DNA of 27,085 nucleotides from a virus (Duplodnaviria; Heunggongvirae; Uroviricota; Caudoviricetes): IMG/VR virus record IMGVR_UViG_2563366854_000005; one strand, 5' to 3'. Shown piece by piece: positions 19,688 to 27,085 of this stretch (position 1 is its first letter; each line of letters starts with the position of its first letter). The notes under the pieces were generated by a model. It saw only the letters and a program-made list of their open reading frames with translations, ran no database searches and was not told where the DNA came from. The position numbers and the translations under genes were made by a program.

Positions 19688-20131
19688 TCGTTTTTTCCCT
19701 GTTCGTTGACAGATAACAGGTTTTCTGTCTGTCAGTGCCAGAATCTGGCTTACCGGTATTTGCGTTTCATTCCATTAAAAAATCAGAACGCCGTGCGGCC
19801 TCAACACCCGAAAGGCTTCTTTAAATCTCTGTCGCGAATCATCACGCCAGGCATCTTTATTCAGCCGTCCATATTTCTTTCCCATCCAGGCGTTATCACC
19901 AACACTCTCAAGATGCGGAGGGTCTAATACAACCATCGAAAAAGATGCGTCTGCAAATGATAATGCACGAAAATCTGCGATAATGTCAGGGCTGATAATC
20001 AAGCGTCTCCCATTGCGTAATGTGTATCCTTCTTTTCTGATATCGCTGAATATCGCCCGTTCGTCAGACTTATCGAACCAGAACATGCGGCTGCCACAGC
20101 ACATATCAAGAATGGTTGCCGGTGCACTCAC
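19688..20131 (-). pseudogene. DNA methyltransferase (N6-adenine/N4-cytosine type, DPPH motif) with a premature in-frame TAA
   Basis: ORF 19775-20131 carries motif I (ILDMCCGSRMFWFDK) and motif IV (VVLDPPH). The frame continues for 29 more sense codons after the TAA at 19775-19777 (…HGVLIF-stop-WNETQIPVSQILALTDRKPVICQRTGKKR). Confidence 0.7.
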
Positions 20132-20394
20132 TGCGCCACGTCCTGAAAATTACCCTGATAGAAAGCCAGTATGCGCTGCATAACTTCGCTCTTCCGGCAC
20201 TCGCGACAGATTATGTTTAGGCGACTGTCGTAGCGACGTATTTCTCCGTCAGGTGATGACCAGATAAGGTCCGGATCAACCACAGCAGGTTTCTTCACCT
20301 TTGCCCTCGAGAGTTTTTTGCGGGCGTTTTGCCAGTCCTTACGCGCCTGTTCAGAGGGGAATAACCCGTATCCGGAGCTTAAGTTGCACGCCAT
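20128..20394 (-). CDS. Hypothetical prophage protein, 88 aa, translationally coupled to the methyltransferase
   Basis: Its stop overlaps the methyltransferase start (ATGA). No Shine-Dalgarno was found; it overlaps the 5' end of the longest exonuclease ORF on the other strand. Confidence 0.4.
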   Translation of the reverse strand: MACNLSSGYGLFPSEQARKDWQNARKKLSRAKVKKPAVVDPDLIWSSPDGEIRRYDSRLNIICRECRKSEVMQRILAFYQGNFQDVAQ

Positions 20395-20791
20395 TGGGTG
20401 GGTTAAGCATAAATGTATTCCTGGTGCTAAATGGCCCGAAATTCAGGCAGAGATGCGCATCTGGAAAAAACGTCGCGAAGGTGAACGCAAGGAAACCGGA
20501 AAATACACGTCTGTTGTTGATCTCGCCCGCGCCAGAGCCAATCAACAGTACACTGAAAATTCAACAGGAAAAATCAGCCCGGTCATTGCTGCCATTCATC
20601 GCGAATACAAGCAGACATGGAAAACACTGGATGACGAACTGGCCTACGCTCTCTGGCCTAGTGATGTGGATGCCGGAAACATTGACGGCAGCATCCATCG
20701 CTGGGCAAAAAAAGAAGTTATCGACAACGACCGCGAAGACTGGAAGCGTGAGGTGTACTGGCAATAGCGGACACTACCATTTGTTCTTTTT

Positions 20792-21610
20792 TTAAGCAGC
20801 CATCTGATGATATTTTTCCCTGAAGGCTGCCGGGGAGATATTCCCCAGACGAGAGTGACGACGCTGACGATTGTAGAAAATCTCAATGTATTCCCGTATT
20901 ACTGAGATGGCTTCATCCCGGTTATTAAAACGATAGTGGCTCAGGCTCTCATTTTTCAGCGTTCCCCAGAAGCTTTCCATCGGAGCGTTGTCGTAACAGT
21001 TACCTTTACGCGACATTGATGTTTTCAGACCAAACTGCTCCTGTATGACCCGGTAATCGTATGCGCAGTACTGTGAACCTCGATCAGAGTGGTGGATTAG
21101 CCCGGCAGGTGGGCGCTGGCTCCTGAGCGCCATAAACAGGGCTTTACCTGTCAGCTCTTTTGTCATGCGCTCTCCCATGGCGTAGCCGACAATTTCGCAC
21201 GTATAAACATCTTTGATGCCAGCGAGGTACAACCATCCCTCCTGTGTGGCAACATACGTCAGGTCCGCCACCCAGACCTGATTTGGTGCTGTAGGAGCGA
21301 ACGTCTGGTTCAGCAGATTTGGCGCAACTGGCAGATTGTGGTTCGAGTTCGTAGTCGCTCTGAACTTGCGTTTCTGCTTACAGCGTAGCCTTAGCTCCTT
21401 ACGAAGACGTGCCAGTCGGTCACGACCAACGATGATGCCATTCTCTGCCAGCTCCGTCTGGAGCCGCCGGGTTCCATATGTTTCGCGAGTGCGGATATGT
21501 GCCACCTTAATCTCCAGTTTTAGCCGCTCATCACTTTGTTTTCTGTCTGAGGGTTCATGCTGTACCCAGTTGTAATAACCGCTCCTGGATACACCAAATA
21601 CCTGACACAT
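20792..21610 (-). CDS. IS3-family (IS600-like) transposase OrfB, 272 aa
   Basis: rve/DDE core (…VWVADLTYV…HHSDRGSQY…NAPMESFWGTLKNE…). Confidence 0.85.
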   Translation of the reverse strand: MCQVFGVSRSGYYNWVQHEPSDRKQSDERLKLEIKVAHIRTRETYGTRRLQTELAENGIIVGRDRLARLRKELRLRCKQKRKFRATTNSNHNLPVAPNLLNQTFAPTAPNQVWVADLTYVATQEGWLYLAGIKDVYTCEIVGYAMGERMTKELTGKALFMALRSQRPPAGLIHHSDRGSQYCAYDYRVIQEQFGLKTSMSRKGNCYDNAPMESFWGTLKNESLSHYRFNNRDEAISVIREYIEIFYNRQRRHSRLGNISPAAFREKYHQMAA

Positions 21611-21687
21611 CGCTTCAATGGGAAATTGTTGTCGCCATTGTTCGATTAACGCGTATTTTTCAGCGACTCCTGTGCAAAATACGCTGT

Positions 21688-22908
21688 TGTAGATTCAATC
21701 TGTCAATGCAACACCCCTTTCAATTATCTCTTTCGGTGTTTTGAACTTCAGTGTCTTTCTCGGTCTGTTGTTTAGCTGAGCAGCAACCAGATCTAGTTCA
21801 TGTTGAGTATATTGGGCAAGACATGTCTTTTTAGGAAAGTACTGCCGAATTAGCCCATTTGTGTTCTCATTTGTTCCCCGCTGCCAAGGACTCTGAGGAT
21901 CGCAGAAGTAAACTTTAACGCCGGTGCTGACAGTAAATTCTAGATGTCTGGCCAGTTCCATTCCTCTGTCCCATGTCAGTGATTTTCTGAGTTCTGACGG
22001 TAAACTCAGGAATTTGTCGGTAAGAGCCTGATTTACTGAGACAGAATCTTTGCCCCTGAGTCTAAGGATGATCGTATAACGTGATTTTCGGTCTACAAGT
22101 GTGGCTATATGAGAGTTTTTTGTACCTGAGACTAAATCGCCCTCCCAATGCCCCAGAGAGCGTCTGTTATCGATATTTCGGGAACGTTCGTGAATTGGTG
22201 TTCCGTTCACTATGTTAATCGTACCTCTTTCGCCTTTGCGGGTATGACGCCTGTCATGGCGAAGGCTATGCGACCGTCGCAGATGCTGTATATTCAGGTG
22301 GTGTAGCGCTTCACGGCTACGAAAGTACAGCGTTTTATAAATTGTCTCAGGTGATATTCGCAGCGTTTTTTGACGTGGTTTTGTTCGCCTTAACCATCCT
22401 GATATTTGCTCTGGAGACCATTTCATCTCCAGCTTTTCCAGAACAAGCTTTCGCAATGGTAAATTTTGATCCAGTAAGCACGGTTTTGGCCTTTTCGCCA
22501 TTCTGTTGGCTCGGTTATTAGCATCAACAGCTTTGTAATAGCGTCTGCCCCGATTACGCTGAACTTCACGTGAGATCGTCGAAGGACTGCGATTCAGCGC
22601 AGTAGCTATCGCACGAATGCTCATTTTGGCTGACAAACCAGCTCGTATCTCCTCGCGCTCAGACAGTGTCAGGTGAGCTACAGCCCGCTTATGCTCATGG
22701 GGTTTTATGCCGCCAGTATCCCTTAACATAGTGAAGATCGTTCCGGGTTTTGAACCCAGGATATTCGCTATTTCACTGAAGCCTGTTCCGTTCTTCCATA
22801 GTTCAAAAACAGAGGCTTTTTCCTCTGCTGTAAATGTTCGTCTCATTCAAAAAACCTCCGCAACCCCATGTTTTCACATAACTGTTGCGTTGACCAATTG
22901 AATCTACA
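21688..22908 (-). mobile_element. IS30, complete (1221 bp), inserted in the orfA 3' region of the IS600-like element; 2-bp target duplication GT
   Basis: Termini TGTAGATTCAATCTGTCAATGCAACAC (21688-) and the reverse complement of TGTAGATTCAATTGGTCAACGCAACAG (-22908); GT at 21686-21687 and 22909-22910. Confidence 0.9.
21695..22846 (-). CDS. insI: IS30 transposase, 383 aa
   Basis: ORF-track protein MRRTFTAEEKASVFELWKNGTGFSEIANILG… with a DDE core; full length. Confidence 0.92.
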   Translation of the reverse strand: MRRTFTAEEKASVFELWKNGTGFSEIANILGSKPGTIFTMLRDTGGIKPHEHKRAVAHLTLSEREEIRAGLSAKMSIRAIATALNRSPSTISREVQRNRGRRYYKAVDANNRANRMAKRPKPCLLDQNLPLRKLVLEKLEMKWSPEQISGWLRRTKPRQKTLRISPETIYKTLYFRSREALHHLNIQHLRRSHSLRHDRRHTRKGERGTINIVNGTPIHERSRNIDNRRSLGHWEGDLVSGTKNSHIATLVDRKSRYTIILRLRGKDSVSVNQALTDKFLSLPSELRKSLTWDRGMELARHLEFTVSTGVKVYFCDPQSPWQRGTNENTNGLIRQYFPKKTCLAQYTQHELDLVAAQLNNRPRKTLKFKTPKEIIERGVALTD

Positions 22909-23171
22909 GTTGCTTTTTTTAATATATCTCGCTCAAGGCGAGCTTCATTTAACGCCTTACGCAGTTGCAGAATTTCAGATTCCAGTTCAGCCACCGTGCG
23001 GGAACCAGGAGTACCGAGCCCTTTTCTGGCGGCGGTAACCCATTGTCCTAAAGTGCCTTCAGGAAGAGATAATCGGGAAGCGCCTTCACTGATCGAAAGT
23101 TGATTTTCAAGAACCGTTCTGACAGCTTCGGCTTTGAACTCTTTAGAGTAACGTTGGGTTTTTCTGCTCAT
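22909..23171 (-). pseudogene. IS600-like OrfA (HTH), 3' end displaced by IS30
   Basis: First about 87 codons (MSRKTQRYSKEFKAEAVRTVLENQLSISEGASRLSLPEGTLGQWV…) are intact; the ORF-track tail (…DSIGQRNSYVKTWGCGGFLNE…) is read from the IS30 terminus. Confidence 0.8.
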
Positions 23172-24913
23172 TATTAGCTCCTTCTGATGCCATTCTATTT
23201 CAGGAAGGAGTGTCCGTTAAACTCAGGCTACCTCAGCGTATCTCGGCATCAATGCGCAAACAGCCTGATGCCCTTCGCTACGACCGCCAAACTATTTTTG
23301 GCCTTGTCCGTGAGCGTCCGATCGACATTCACAAAGATCCCGTAGCACTGAACAAATATATCTGCGAATACCTGACGACAAAGGGCGTGTTTGAGAATGA
23401 AGAAACAGACCTGGGCACTGTTGATGTTCTCCAGTCATCAGAAACACAAACTGATGCAGTGGAAACTGAGGTATCTGATATCCCAAAAAATGAAACCGCG
23501 CCGGAAGCTGAACCATCTGTAGAGCGTGAGGGGCCGTTCTATTTCCTCTTCGCAGATAAGGACGGAGAAAAATACGGTCGCGCAAACAAACTCTCTGGTC
23601 TGGATAAGGCACTGGCTGCTGGCGCCACTGAAATCACAAAAGAAGAATATTTTGCCCGAAAAAATGGCACATACACGGGCTTACCGCAAAATGTAGATAC
23701 CGCTGAAGATTCAGAACAACCAGAGCCGATAAAAGTTACCGCTGACGAAGTAAACAAAATTATGCAGGCAGCCAATATCAGCCAGCCTGACGCCGATAAG
23801 TTGCTTGCTGCATCACGTGGTGAATTTGTTGAAGGGATTAGTGACCCGAATGATCCGAAATGGGTTAAGGGGCTCCAGACCCGCGATTCTGTGAACCAGA
23901 ACCAGCATGAATCGGAACGGAACTACCAAAAAGCGGAACAAAACAGTCCAAATGCGTTACAAAACGAGCCAGAAACGAAACAGCCTGAACCAGTAGCGCA
24001 ACAGGAAGTGGAAAAAGTCTGCACCGCCTGCGGTCAGACCGGCGGCGGCAACTGCCCTGATTGTGGCGCGGTGATGGGCGACGCAACATACCAAGAAACA
24101 TTCGATGAAGAGTATCAGGTTGAAGTTCAGGAAGATGATCCGGAGGAAATGGAAGGCGCTGAACATCCACACAAGGAGAACACTGGCGGCAATCAGCATC
24201 ACAATAGCGATAATGAAACTGGCGAGACGGCAGATCACCCAATTAAGGTGAACGGTCATCACGAAATCACATCCACCAGCAGGACGTGTGACCATCTAAT
24301 GATCGACCTTGAAACCATGGGAAAAAATCCTGATGCCCCGATCATCTCAATAGGTGCAATATTTTTCGATCCGCAAACCGGAGATATGGGACCGGAATTT
24401 AGTAAGACTATCGATCTGGAAACTGCTGGCGGAGTCATTGATCGGGACACCATTAAATGGTGGCTTAAGCAATCACGCGAAGCGCAATCTGCCATTATGA
24501 CCGATGAAATCCCGTTAGATGATGCACTGTTACAATTGCGAGAATTTATCGACGAAAACTCCGGTGAATTTTTTGTTCAGGTTTGGGGAAATGGAGCCAA
24601 CTTCGACAACACGATTTTGCGCCGTTCATACGAACGGCAGGGGATCCCCTGCCCGTGGCGTTACTACAACGATCGCGATGTACGCACAATCGTTGAGCTG
24701 GGGAAAGCCATAGACTTCGATGCCAGAACGGCTATTCCATTCGAAGGTGAGCGCCATAATGCACTTGATGACGCCCGTTACCAGGCAAAATACGTTTCAG
24801 TTATCTGGCAAAAACTGATCCCGAGTCAGGCTGATTCTTAATGTTCAACTGTCGCCGGTTGTGACTGGTATTCTGCAACCGGCGCTCGTCTGATGTAAGA
24901 GATAAAGAAATCG

Positions 24914-25165
24914 ATGAGCGAAGTAATCATGATTGTCTCTCCCGGCAAATGGGTATCCGAAGAGCAGTTAATTGCGCTGAAAGGAATAAAAAAAGGTACG
25001 TTAAAAAAGGCCCGGGAAAAATCGTTTATGGAAGGAAGGGAATATAAGCATGTCGCTCATGACGGTATGCCATGGGATAACAGTCCATGCTTTTACAACC
25101 TGGAAGAAATTGATCGCTGGATTGAGCGCCAGGCATCAGCGAGACCAAGACGTCATCTTACTTGA
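24914..25165 (+). CDS. Excisionase-like small DNA-binding protein, 83 aa
   Basis: Small basic ORF immediately upstream of the integrase in the same orientation; start uncertain (possibly the internal MIVSPGKW). Confidence 0.6.
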   Translation: MSEVIMIVSPGKWVSEEQLIALKGIKKGTLKKAREKSFMEGREYKHVAHDGMPWDNSPCFYNLEEIDRWIERQASARPRRHLT

Positions 25166-25199
25166 CTAAAAGCCACACTAACTAATGAGAGAAGTTGAA

Positions 25200-26480
25200 A
25201 TGAAATATCCGACAGGCGTGGAAAACCATGGAGGGAAATTACGTATCTGGTTTGTTTATAAAGACGTAAGAGTCAGGGAAAATCTGGGGGTTCCTGACAC
25301 AGCAAAAAACAGGCGCGTTGCAGGTGAACTACGCTCCTCTGTTTGTTACGCAATAAAAACTGGTGTTTTCGACTATGCAAAACAGTTTCCCTCCTCACGC
25401 AATCTGGAAAAATTTGGTGAGGCCCGACAAGATTTAACCATAAAAGAACTGGCTGAAAAATTTCTGGCACTGAAAGAAACTGAAGTCGCCAAAACATCAC
25501 TCAACACATACCGTGCCGTCATCAAAAATATCCTGAGCATAATCGGTGAAAAAAATCTTGCCTCATCGATTAATAAAGAAAAATTACTGGAGGTTCGTAA
25601 AGAGTTACTGACTGGATACCAGATCCCCAAAAGTAACTATATTGTTACACAACCAGGGAGATCGGCTGTAACTGTAAATAATTACATGACAAATCTTAAC
25701 GCCGTGTTCCAGTTTGGTGTTGATAACGGTTACCTGGCAGATAATCCGTTTAAGGGGATCTCGCCATTAAAGGAATCAAGAACCATTCCGGATCCTCTTT
25801 CGCGGGAAGAATTTATCCGTCTTATCGATGCGTGCAGAAATCAGCAAGCAAAAAATTTATGGTGTGTTTCTGTTTATACTGGAGTTCGCCCTGGTGAGCT
25901 GTGTGCACTTGGATGGGAGGACATAGATCTGAAAAATGGAACAATGATGATCAGGAGAAATTTAGCAAAAGACCGTTTCACGGTACCAAAAACACAGGCG
26001 GGAACCAATCGGGTCATTCATCTTATTAAGCCAGCAATCGACGCTCTCCGGAGTCAGATGACATTAACGAGACTGAGCAAAGAGCATATCATTGATGTTC
26101 ACCTCAGAGAGTATGGCAGAACAGAAAAACAAAAATGCACCTTTGTTTTTCAACCTGAAGTGTCAGCGAGAGTAAAAAATTATGGTGACCATTTTACCGT
26201 TGACTCAATAAGGCAGATGTGGGACGCAGCGATAAAACGTGCCGGACTCCGCCATCGAAAATCATATCAGTCGAGACATACTTATGCCTGCTGGTCGCTG
26301 ACAGCTGGTGCTAACCCGGCATTTATAGCAAACCAGATGGGCCATGCAGATGCGCAAATGGTATTTCAGGTATACGGAAAATGGATGTCTGAAAACAATA
26401 ATGCACAGGTAGCTTTGTTAAATACACAGTTAAGCGAGTTTGCCCCAACCATGCCCCATAACGAAGCAATGAAAAATTAA
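25200..26480 (+). CDS. Tyrosine site-specific integrase (lambda Int family), apparently full length, 426 aa
   Basis: ORF 25185-26480; start placed at the ATG with a GAGAG Shine-Dalgarno. C-terminal catalytic region (…VRPGELCAL…, …HTYACW…, …GHADAQMVFQVYGKW…) and adjacency to the right attachment site. Confidence 0.85.
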   Translation: MKYPTGVENHGGKLRIWFVYKDVRVRENLGVPDTAKNRRVAGELRSSVCYAIKTGVFDYAKQFPSSRNLEKFGEARQDLTIKELAEKFLALKETEVAKTSLNTYRAVIKNILSIIGEKNLASSINKEKLLEVRKELLTGYQIPKSNYIVTQPGRSAVTVNNYMTNLNAVFQFGVDNGYLADNPFKGISPLKESRTIPDPLSREEFIRLIDACRNQQAKNLWCVSVYTGVRPGELCALGWEDIDLKNGTMMIRRNLAKDRFTVPKTQAGTNRVIHLIKPAIDALRSQMTLTRLSKEHIIDVHLREYGRTEKQKCTFVFQPEVSARVKNYGDHFTVDSIRQMWDAAIKRAGLRHRKSYQSRHTYACWSLTAGANPAFIANQMGHADAQMVFQVYGKWMSENNNAQVALLNTQLSEFAPTMPHNEAMKN

Positions 26481-26499
26481 TTTAATATTTATCAAATAG

Positions 26500-26610
26500 T
26501 TAACACGCATGACTCTTGAAATCCATAAATTCAAGCGCAGTGCCCAGCCATCCCGATACTGCTGCTTTCACCAAATCCTTAGTGCTTCTTTCGTGTTTTT
26601 CTATTGTCAT
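26500..26610 (-). pseudogene. ydfJ: 5' fragment (first about 30 codons) of the MFS transporter gene split by the prophage
   Basis: Manual translation MTIEKHERSTKDLVKAAVSGWLGTALEFMDF then KSHAC-stop from phage DNA; …LEFMDF joins MDFQLYSLGAALVF… at 2285 to rebuild an MFS N-terminus. Confidence 0.6.
26518..26533. other. Prophage right attachment-site core (GAAATCCATAAATTCA)
   Basis: Direct repeat of 2277-2291 (one extra A) located inside the split transporter reading frame, about 40 bp from the integrase stop. Confidence 0.6.
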
Positions 26611-26667
26611 AATGGTTATCTCTAAAAAAGAGGTAAGATGCGTACTACTTACTCGCCGTTATTGGTA

Positions 26668-26991
26668 TTATTCAGAAAAAGTGAGTAAGACTTTGCAGCA
26701 ATGTTTTTGATCCTGTTCAAATAAACTAATGGCATCAGCAACATGCTGGAAATCAAACGTATGGGTAATTAATTTTTCTGGTTTAATTAACCCTTTACTT
26801 AACCAGTCGATAACGATCGGGAATTTATTTGCATTTAAGCGTGAAGAGAAAATAGAGAGTTCTTTTCCGGTAATTCCTTGCTGAATCACTTCAGACGGTT
26901 CACTGGAGAACCCCATCAATACAATACGTGCGAGCCTGTTCAGGATTCTGTGTAAATACCTTTTCTCAGAAGTGGCCGTCCAGGCGGTCAC
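26668..26991 (-). CDS. rspB: C-terminal part of a medium-chain (zinc-type) dehydrogenase/reductase, partial at the window edge
   Basis: MDR C-terminal pattern (…ARIVLMGF…GKELSIFSS…LITHTFDF…KVLLTFSE). The reading frame changes upstream of 26991 (see findings). Confidence 0.55.
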   Translation of the reverse strand: MTAWTATSEKRYLHRILNRLARIVLMGFSSEPSEVIQQGITGKELSIFSSRLNANKFPIVIDWLSKGLIKPEKLITHTFDFQHVADAISLFEQDQKHCCKVLLTFSE

Positions 26992-27085
26992 CGAACTCGA
27001 TAATAAAGCGGCTCATTGCCATACGCCAGTCCCGCAGTGGCATCGTCCATTTCTGTGAAGCCGCCTGGATTGCCAGCCACACCAC

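Larger units (their letters stand above)
20749..23235 (-). mobile_element. IS3-family element (IS600-like, 1264 bp without the inner insert) carrying a nested IS30; 3-bp target duplication GCG
   Basis: Terminal inverted repeats TGAGGTGTACTGGCAATAGCGGACACTACC (20749-) and the reverse complement of …GGAGTGTCCGTTAAACTCAGGCTACCTCA (-23235). GCG is present at 20746-20748 and 23236-23238. OrfA and OrfB frames are recognisable. Confidence 0.8.
20318..24841 (+). pseudogene. Large prophage exonuclease (RecE-like position; C-terminal DnaQ-like DEDDh 3'-5' exonuclease domain), split by IS600::IS30
   Basis: The 5' part (to 20748) and 3' part (from 23239) join in frame once the 2487-bp insertion and one GCG copy are removed (…DREDWKR-ISASMRKQPD…). 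The C-terminus has IDLETMG, GNGANFDNTIL and HNALDDA motifs and a central C-x2-C…C-x2-C. The true start may be 20453 (MRIWKK). Confidence 0.8.

Noticed and set aside
23292-24495. Several minus-strand ORFs (23292-23612, 23539-23775, 23865-24242, 23957-24295, 24259-24495) inside the exonuclease gene
   Set aside because: Antisense to a continuous 534-codon frame with recognisable motifs; Arg/Cys-rich low-complexity translations.

Overview
This window is a defective lambdoid prophage of about 24 kb, closely resembling the E. coli K-12 Qin cryptic prophage, inserted into a chromosomal MFS transporter gene (ydfJ-like) and abutting an rspB-like dehydrogenase gene on the right. All calls are from reading the sequence and ORF track by eye; no database search was run. 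The prophage lies between 15-bp direct repeats at 2277-2291 and 26518-26533. From left to right it carries: ydfK, the Pin invertase, tail-fibre debris (tfaQ, stf and J fragments), a truncated Nu1 terminase gene next to a lambda-like cos site, a cold-shock/moron cluster (ynfO, ydfO, gnsB, ynfN, cspI, cspB, cspF), a complete lysis cassette (pinholin, SAR endolysin, Rz/Rz1), the Q antiterminator, ydfU, rem, hokD, relBE, flxA, an rve-type transposase-like gene, a decayed minus-strand cluster (methyltransferase and small ORFs), and an exonuclease-xis-int module. The most striking structure is a nested insertion: IS30 sits inside an IS600-like element, which itself interrupts the large prophage exonuclease gene, each with clean target-site duplications. 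A partial IS2 at the left edge additionally truncates the 3' end of the transporter gene. No CRISPR array, rRNA or tRNA was recognised.
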